This document shows positions 6,454 through 11,508 of a DNA stretch of 11,508 nt, in pieces; positions within the stretch are counted from its first letter, which is position 1; every line of letters starts with the position of its first letter. The stretch is from a virus. The notes beneath the pieces are model-generated. The model was not told the DNA's origin, made no database searches, and saw only the letters and a program-made list of their open reading frames with translations. The translations under genes were made by a program, and so were the position numbers. The stretch is from UHGV virus genome UHGV-0111509, one strand, 5' to 3'.

Positions 6454-6680
6454 TGGCTGATGCAATGGATCTCGTACAGCAGCGCGTTGAAGAAGAACGC
6501 CAGCGCCACATCCGTGCTGCCCGTGCCAAAACGCCGGGCGTGTCCCGCGTGCTTTGCATTGAGTGTGAAGCGCCAATTCCGCCAGCACGCCGCCGCGCCA
6601 TTCCGGGAGTGCAGCTTTGCATTACCTGTCAGGAAATCGCAGAGCTGAAAGGTAAACATTACAACGGAGGTGTTGTATGA
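6453..6680 (+). CDS. TraR/DksA-family C4 zinc-finger protein (75 aa)
   Basis: Two Cys pairs, CIECEAPIP...CITCQ, with spacing typical of the TraR/DksA zinc finger. P2-family phages carry such a gene upstream of A (established knowledge). Confidence 0.75.
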   Translation: MADAMDLVQQRVEEERQRHIRAARAKTPGVSRVLCIECEAPIPPARRRAIPGVQLCITCQEIAELKGKHYNGGVV

Positions 6681-7534
6681 GCACCATCCTGAAATGGGCG
6701 GGAAATAAAACCGCCATTATGCCAGAACTGAAAAAACACCTTCCTGCTGGCCCGCGACTGGTTGAACCTTTCGCGGGTTCCTGTGCAGTGATGATGGAGA
6801 CGGATTACCCCAGCTATCTGGTTGCGGATATTAATCCTGATTTAATCAACCTCTATAAAAAGGTTGCCGCTGATTGTGAATTGTTTATATCTCGCGCCAG
6901 GGTTTTATTTGAGGAAGCAAACAGGGATGTGGCTTATTACAACATAAGGCAGGAGTTTAACTACTCAACTGAAATTACTGATTTCATGAAAGCGGTATAT
7001 TTCCTGTATCTCAATCGTCATGGTTACCGTGGGTTATGTCGCTATAACAAGAGCGGGCATTTCAACATTCCCTACGGTAATTATAAAAATCCGTATTTCC
7101 CTGAAAAAGAAATTCGTGCATTTGCAGTAAAAGCCCTGCGGGCAACGTTTATCTGCGCCAGCTTTGATGAAACGCTGGCGATGTTGAAGGCGGGGGATGT
7201 GGTGTATTGCGATCCGCCGTATGACGGCACGTTTTCCGGTTATCACACTGACGGCTTCACTGAAGATGACCAGTATCACCTGGCATCCGTTCTTGAACAT
7301 CGATCATCTGAAGGTCATCCGGTCATTGTTTCTAACAGTGACACATCCCTGATTCGTTCGCTGTATCGCAATTTCACTCACCACTACATCAAGGCAAAAC
7401 GCAGCATCGGTGTGTCGGCTGGCGAGAGTAAATCTGCAACAGAAATCATTGCTGTTTCCGGGGCGCGCTGCTGGGTGGGATTTGATCCTTCGCGTGGCGT
7501 GGATAGTTCTGCTGTGTACGAGGTGCGTGTATGA
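6677..7534 (+). CDS. dam: Dam-family (D12 class) N6-adenine DNA methyltransferase, orphan phage methyltransferase (285 aa)
   Basis: N-terminal LKWAGNK and [11 protein letters not shown] (AdoMet-binding motif I), catalytic DPPY (VYCDPPYDG), and the conserved [16 protein letters not shown] block closely parallel E. coli Dam. The start overlaps the TraR-like stop (ATGA), and its stop overlaps the A start. Confidence 0.9.
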   Translation: MSTILKWAGNKTAIMPELKKHLPAGPRLVEPFAGSCAVMMETDYPSYLVADINPDLINLYKKVAADCELFISRARVLFEEANRDVAYYNIRQEFNYSTEITDFMKAVYFLYLNRHGYRGLCRYNKSGHFNIPYGNYKNPYFPEKEIRAFAVKALRATFICASFDETLAMLKAGDVVYCDPPYDGTFSGYHTDGFTEDDQYHLASVLEHRSSEGHPVIVSNSDTSLIRSLYRNFTHHYIKAKRSIGVSAGESKSATEIIAVSGARCWVGFDPSRGVDSSAVYEVRV

Positions 7535-9945
7535 CTCATGACGATATGAGCAACTCTAGCGGCTTTAACGAGGTCGCTGTAGCATTTTCATGGAACGGCC
7601 CGAAAAAGGCCATTAACCCTTATCTGGAACCGGCGGAAGTTGCGCCGGAGTCTGCACTTTCAAACATGATCACTCTGTACGCTGCCGATAACGAGCAGGA
7701 ACAGCAGCGCCGCGAGGCACTGAGTGATCAGGTCTGGGAACGTTATTTCTTTAATGAATCCCGTGATCCTGTCCAGCGCGAAATGGAGCAGGATAAGCTC
7801 ATTAGCCGGGCAAAACTGGCGCATGAACAGCAGCGTTTTAACCCGGACATGGTCATTCTGGCAGATGTCAGCGCCCAGCCTTCTCATATCAGCAAGCCGC
7901 TGATGCAACGTATCGAATACTTCAGCAGCCTGGGCAGGCCAAAGGCTTATTCCCGCTATTTGCGTGAGACGATTAAGCCATGTCTGGAGCGACTGGATTG
8001 TGTACGTGACAGTCAGCTATCTGTTTCTTTCCGTTTTATGGCAAGCCATCAAGGGCTGGAGGGTCTGCTGATCCTGCCTGAAATGAGCCAGGATCAGGTG
8101 AAACGCCTGTCCACCCTGGTAGCAGCGCATATGAGCATGTGTCTTGAGGCCGCTTGTGGTGATTTGTACGCCACCGATGACGTTAAGCCAGAAGAAATCC
8201 GCAAGACATGGCAAAAGGTGGCTGCGGAAACCCTGCGTCTGGATGTTATCCCGCCTGCGTTTGAGAAACTTCGTCGGAAAAGAAACCGCCGCAAACCCGT
8301 GCCCTATGAACTCATACCGGGTTCGCTGGCGCGTATGTTGTGCGCCGACTGGTGGTATCGAAAATTATGGAGGATGCGTTGCGAATGGCGGGAAGAGCAG
8401 TTGCGTGCTGTCTGTCTGGTCAGCAAAAAAGCATCTCCCTATGTCAGCTATGAAGCCGTGACGCATAAACGTGAGCAGCGCCGCAAGTCGCTGGAGTTTT
8501 TCCGTTCTCATGAACTGGTGAACGAAGACGGAGACACGCTGGATATGGAAGATGTGGTAAACGCCAGCAGCAGCAACCCGGCACATCGCCGCAATGAGAT
8601 GATGGCCTGCGTTAAAGGTCTGGAGCTTATCGCGGAAATGCGTGGTGACTGCGCCGTTTTCTACACTATCACCTGTCCGTCACGTTTCCATTCCACGCTC
8701 AACAACGGCAGACCCAACCCGACCTGGACAAACGCGACGGTAAGACAAAGCAGCGATTATCTGGTCGGCATGTTTGCTGCATTTCGTAAGGCAATGCATA
8801 AAACCGGGCTGCGCTGGTATGGCGTGCGGGTGGCTGAGCCGCACCATGACGGTACTGTGCACTGGCATCTTATGTGCTTCATGCGTAAAAAAGACCGCCG
8901 CGCCATCACTGCATTACTGCGTAAGTTTGCCATCCGTGAAGACCGCGAGGAGCTGGGTAATAACACTGGTCCGCGCTTTAAGTCTGAGCTGATTAACCCG
9001 CGCAAAGGAACGCCGACAAGCTACATCGCGAAATATATCAGTAAAAATATTGACGGACGTGGTCTGGCTGGCGAGATCAGCAAGGAAACGGGTAAATCCC
9101 TGCGTGATAACGCCGAATACGTTAATGCCTGGGCGTCTCTGCATCGTGTTCAGCAGTTCCGCTTCTTTGGTATTCCGGGACGTCAGGCTTACCGTGAACT
9201 TCGCTTGCTGGCTGGTCAGGCGGCAAGGCAACAGGGTGACAAAAAAGCAGGTGCGCCGGTACTGGATGACCCGCGTCTTGATGCCATCCTGGCTGCTGCT
9301 GATGCTGGTTGTTTTGCCACCTACATCATGAAGCAGGGCGGCGTACTGGTTCCCCGCAAATATCACCTTATCAGAACCGCTTATGAAATTAACGAAGAGC
9401 CGACCGCCTATGGCGATCACGGTATTCGTATTTATGGCATCTGGTCACCCATTTCAGAGGGCAAGATCTGCACTCATGCAGTGAAGTGGAAAATGGTTCG
9501 TAAGGCCGTTGACGTTCAGGAGGCGGTAGCCGACCAGGGCGCTTGCGCCCCTTGGACTCGTGGCAATAACTGTCCCCTTGCTGAAAATTTGAACCAACAT
9601 GAGAAAGATGAATCAGCAGATGGGGATACCAGAACGGACATTACCTGCATGGATGACAAGGAATTGCACGATTACCTGCACAGTATGAGCAAAAAAGAGC
9701 GCCGGGAACTGGCAGCAAGATTGCGCCTGGTTAAACCGAAACGGCGTAAAGACTACAAACAGCGAATTACAGAGTATCAGCGTCAGCAGCTCGTCTATGA
9801 ACTGAAGTCCAGAGGATTTGATGGCAGCGAGAAAGAGGTCGATTTGCTCCTTTGCGGTGGCAGTATTCCGTCAGGAGCAGGCCTGCGTATCTTCTATCGG
9901 AACCAGCGTTTGCAGGAAGATGATAAGTGGCGGAACCTGTATTAA
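7531..9945 (+). CDS. A: P2/186 gpA-type rolling-circle replication initiation endonuclease (804 aa)
   Basis: HUH motif ([10 protein letters not shown]) and paired active-site tyrosines ([10 protein letters not shown]) are characteristic of the gpA/phiX174 gpA family. Its size and its position after the early genes match P2 gene A. Confidence 0.9.
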   Translation: MTHDDMSNSSGFNEVAVAFSWNGPKKAINPYLEPAEVAPESALSNMITLYAADNEQEQQRREALSDQVWERYFFNESRDPVQREMEQDKLISRAKLAHEQQRFNPDMVILADVSAQPSHISKPLMQRIEYFSSLGRPKAYSRYLRETIKPCLERLDCVRDSQLSVSFRFMASHQGLEGLLILPEMSQDQVKRLSTLVAAHMSMCLEAACGDLYATDDVKPEEIRKTWQKVAAETLRLDVIPPAFEKLRRKRNRRKPVPYELIPGSLARMLCADWWYRKLWRMRCEWREEQLRAVCLVSKKASPYVSYEAVTHKREQRRKSLEFFRSHELVNEDGDTLDMEDVVNASSSNPAHRRNEMMACVKGLELIAEMRGDCAVFYTITCPSRFHSTLNNGRPNPTWTNATVRQSSDYLVGMFAAFRKAMHKTGLRWYGVRVAEPHHDGTVHWHLMCFMRKKDRRAITALLRKFAIREDREELGNNTGPRFKSELINPRKGTPTSYIAKYISKNIDGRGLAGEISKETGKSLRDNAEYVNAWASLHRVQQFRFFGIPGRQAYRELRLLAGQAARQQGDKKAGAPVLDDPRLDAILAAADAGCFATYIMKQGGVLVPRKYHLIRTAYEINEEPTAYGDHGIRIYGIWSPISEGKICTHAVKWKMVRKAVDVQEAVADQGACAPWTRGNNCPLAENLNQHEKDESADGDTRTDITCMDDKELHDYLHSMSKKERRELAARLRLVKPKRRKDYKQRITEYQRQQLVYELKSRGFDGSEKEVDLLLCGGSIPSGAGLRIFYRNQRLQEDDKWRNLY

Positions 9946-10037
9946 TCACGCGGGTTAACAATTCGTGCTCTTAATAATACCAGGCATATCAGGCTGATGA
10001 ACGTAAAAAAACGTTTTACATCAGTACGATTATTATA

Positions 10038-10057
10038 TACTGTAAATATAAACAGTG
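10038..10057. promoter_or_regulatory. LexA operator (SOS box) taCTGTaaatataaACAGtg in a promoter-like AT-rich region upstream of the 62-aa ORF
   Basis: Read directly: CTGT (10040-10043), 8 A/T-only nucleotides, ACAG (10052-10055). This matches the LexA consensus CTGT-N8-ACAG with an AT-rich spacer. Possible -35 TTTACA (10015-10020) and -10 TATACT (10036-10041) overlap it. Confidence 0.7.
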
Positions 10058-10098
10058 GTTATATGTACAGTATTGCGTATGGTGTTATAGGAGGAAAG

Positions 10099-10287
10099 AT
10101 GCAGGACTATTTTTTGGAGTCTTTGAAGCTCCAGCGCATTGATTTTTTTCTTAAGCTTGTAGCGGCTAGTGAGTGTAGTGATGAAGAGAAGGGGCTAGCT
10201 CTGCAGTGGGTTTCTGAATTGACTGATGAGTTGATGGCGAAAATTCGAAGCCATGAATACAGTAGGTCGATGGATGTAATCAGTTGA
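10099..10287 (+). CDS. Hypothetical 62-aa protein under putative LexA control; candidate Tum-like SOS-inducible antirepressor
   Basis: ATG at 10099 with TAGGAGGA RBS at 10088-10095. The LexA box is about 45 bp upstream and a terminator follows. The longer ORF-track start (9997) would run through the promoter and LexA box and is rejected. The functional call is by analogy to 186 tum. Confidence 0.5.
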   Translation: MQDYFLESLKLQRIDFFLKLVAASECSDEEKGLALQWVSELTDELMAKIRSHEYSRSMDVIS

Positions 10288-10320
10288 GCTTGTTTCGTTA
10301 GGACTTGATAAGGGAACCGA

Positions 10321-10341
10321 AAAGGGGCATTAAGCCCCTTT
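10321..10341. terminator. Bidirectional intrinsic terminator between convergent genes (stem AAAGGGGC / GCCCCTTT, loop ATTAA)
   Basis: GC-rich 8-bp stem read directly. Followed by TTTCTC on the plus strand and by TTTTCGG on the minus strand. It lies between the plus-strand gene ending at 10287 and the minus-strand gene ending at 10355. Confidence 0.55.
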
Positions 10342-10354
10342 CTCATAAGTTGAT

Positions 10355-10654
10355 TTAGTTGTTACCCAAAGAGCCGGCCATGGCTGCATATTTAATTTCT
10401 TCGCTGGGTATTTCAGGATGTAGTTGAATTTGCCTGATGATATAGCCAGGAACTTCTTCACTCCACAGTTTCGCCGCGTCCTTACAGACCTTATACGCGA
10501 AGTCTCTATTCTCAAAGGCATAGGATTTTCCGTATGCATATTGCTGACAGGCATGAACATAAGCTCCGAAGTCGCCGTCTTTATCTGGCAAAGCACATCC
10601 AGCTAAGGCTATGATGATTGCTACTAACGTAAAGGAGAAAGTTATACGTTTCAT
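10355..10654 (-). CDS. Small lipoprotein (99 aa): signal peptide with lipobox LAGC
   Basis: N-terminus MKRITFSFTLVAIIIALAGCALP has a basic n-region, a hydrophobic core and a L-A-G-C lipobox. The mature part is rich in Tyr and Cys. Located in the AT-rich cargo region downstream of gene A. Confidence 0.75.
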   Translation of the reverse strand: MKRITFSFTLVAIIIALAGCALPDKDGDFGAYVHACQQYAYGKSYAFENRDFAYKVCKDAAKLWSEEVPGYIIRQIQLHPEIPSEEIKYAAMAGSLGNN

Positions 10655-10709
10655 GGTCTCTTTCTAAGCGTTTAGCATTATTTAACTAAGGGGTATCTGC
10701 CGTGATTTG

Positions 10710-10738
10710 GTAGTCCCTGATATATATTCTCAGGGACT
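10710..10738. promoter_or_regulatory. Perfect 10-bp inverted repeat TAGTCCCTGA-(9 nt AT-rich)-TCAGGGACTA between two same-strand cargo genes; candidate operator or RNA hairpin
   Basis: Read directly: 10710-10719 and 10729-10738 are exact reverse complements with spacer TATATATTC. No T-run follows on the minus strand, so it is not a classical terminator. Confidence 0.4.
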
Positions 10739-10762
10739 ATGCTGAAGTAGCTTTAATTTTGA

Positions 10763-11508
10763 TTATTTAGAAAGGTACTTATCTCTAAGTTGATTCAGTC
10801 TGTCAGCATCGCGTTCTGAAAACTCGGCGTCACCATAGATCGATTTCCCATCTGCGTCTTCAAGGCCAATGACTGTGACGGTAAATATAGCATCAGCCGG
10901 AACTTTAAGTTTTCCCCAATCAGAGTATCTATTAGGGGCTAATTTCCAGTTGGCTTTCTCACCTGGTTCCAGACCTCCAGAAATTTTATAGTTGAAGACG
11001 TCAGAGAACCAAGGGACGCTTCTTCCTGGGCTGGCAATAACTCCTTTGAAGAATACTCTGGCAACCGCTTTGTCTGTTCCGTTTTCAACGCTAATATCCA
11101 GAATTGGCTGATCATTGCCGTAATCCTCTTTCTGGAAATAAAAACGGGAACGTTCGACCTTGAAGGCTTTCATTTTTTCCGCAGCCTGTGTTGCAGAGGT
11201 TTGTTTGGCTTCCAGTTCTTTTATTTCTTGCAGAGCCTGTTCTTTCTCTCTCTTCTCACGCTCAAGGCGAATAGTTTGTGCGTAATTTATAACCTCATCA
11301 CCAGTTTTACCTTCCAACGCTGACTTAATTTTTGTTTCGTAGACGTCCCCAGAAGACGTTCCAGCCTGCATTAGCTCTCTCATGTTGATTTGGCTAAAGG
11401 CAACGACTTTAACTGCATCATCAAACTGAGCTTTTTTATCTGCAGGTAAGGACTCTCGGTGATGCTGCCAACTTACTGATTTAGTGTATGATGGTGTTTT
11501 TGAGGTGC
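10763..11508 (-). CDS. Hypothetical protein, 5' end outside the window (at least 248 codons); contains a predicted coiled-coil segment
   Basis: The ORF track starts it at the Met at 11383, but the same frame stays open without a stop to the window edge (checked codon by codon, 11384-11506), so the gene probably starts beyond 11508. Charged heptad-like segment EREKREKEQALQEIKELEAKQ. AT-rich. Confidence 0.6.
   Translation of the reverse strand, partial: TSKTPSYTKSVSWQHHRESLPADKKAQFDDAVKVVAFSQINMRELMQAGTSSGDVYETKIKSALEGKTGDEVINYAQTIRLEREKREKEQALQEIKELEAKQTSATQAAEKMKAFKVERSRFYFQKEDYGNDQPILDISVENGTDKAVARVFFKGVIASPGRSVPWFSDVFNYKISGGLEPGEKANWKLAPNRYSDWGKLKVPADAIFTVTVIGLEDADGKSIYGDAEFSERDADRLNQLRDKYLSK

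Noticed and set aside
6272-6659. Minus-strand ORFs (116, 70 and 69 aa) opposite the small early genes and the TraR-like gene
   Set aside because: They overlap translationally coupled plus-strand genes, and their arginine/alanine-rich composition is typical of antisense reading frames.
7660-9420. Several antisense ORFs inside gene A (for example 7660-7908, 8365-8586, 8914-9420 on the minus strand)
   Set aside because: They are fully embedded antisense to a long, well-supported gene with clear motifs; they have no RBS and are typical of spurious ORFs in GC-moderate coding DNA.
10000-10017. Short hairpin AACGT-aaaaaa-ACGTT after gene A as a terminator
   Set aside because: The 5-bp A/T-containing stem is too weak to call; it may simply be part of the AT-rich promoter region of the SOS-regulated gene.
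9997-10098. Longer 96-aa version of the small ORF after gene A, starting at ATG 9997
   Set aside because: The extension spans the promoter-like region and the LexA box. The internal ATG at 10099 has a strong TAGGAGGA RBS, so the 62-aa form is preferred.
10330-10606. ORFs of 88 aa (minus) and 60 aa (plus) overlapping the lipoprotein gene
   Set aside because: The lipoprotein frame has a canonical signal peptide and lipobox; the alternatives have no supporting features.
1-11508. CRISPR arrays, rRNA or IS elements
   Set aside because: No regularly spaced short repeats, no rRNA-like conserved sequences, and no transposase-like ORFs or terminal inverted repeats were seen.

Overview
This window reads as the integrase-proximal (early/immunity) end of a P2-family, 186-like temperate prophage sitting next to a TetR-family regulator gene that is probably host-encoded. 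Left to right: TetR regulator (+), an att-proximal repeat region, a small int-distal gene and a P2/186-type tyrosine integrase (both -), then a visibly AT-rich three-gene, translationally coupled minus-strand operon. That operon encodes a CI-type repressor with a tandemly duplicated HTH domain, a 349-aa protein with no motif I recognise, and a 201-aa four-helix membrane protein. It sits where 186 has only cI, divergent from an apl/cox-like gene, and I consider it the most likely undescribed system here: a repressor-linked, RexAB-like candidate exclusion/abortive-infection module. Downstream on the plus strand is a coupled early operon: apl/cox-like, a 186 CII-like activator, three small ORFs, a TraR/DksA-type zinc finger, a Dam-family adenine methyltransferase and the gpA-type rolling-circle replication initiator. 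After gene A there is a near-consensus LexA box in front of a 62-aa ORF (a Tum-like antirepressor candidate), a bidirectional terminator, and an oppositely oriented AT-rich cargo locus (lipoprotein plus an unknown gene that runs off the window). No tRNA, rRNA or CRISPR array was seen. All family assignments are from reading the translations and from memory of these families, not from database searches.
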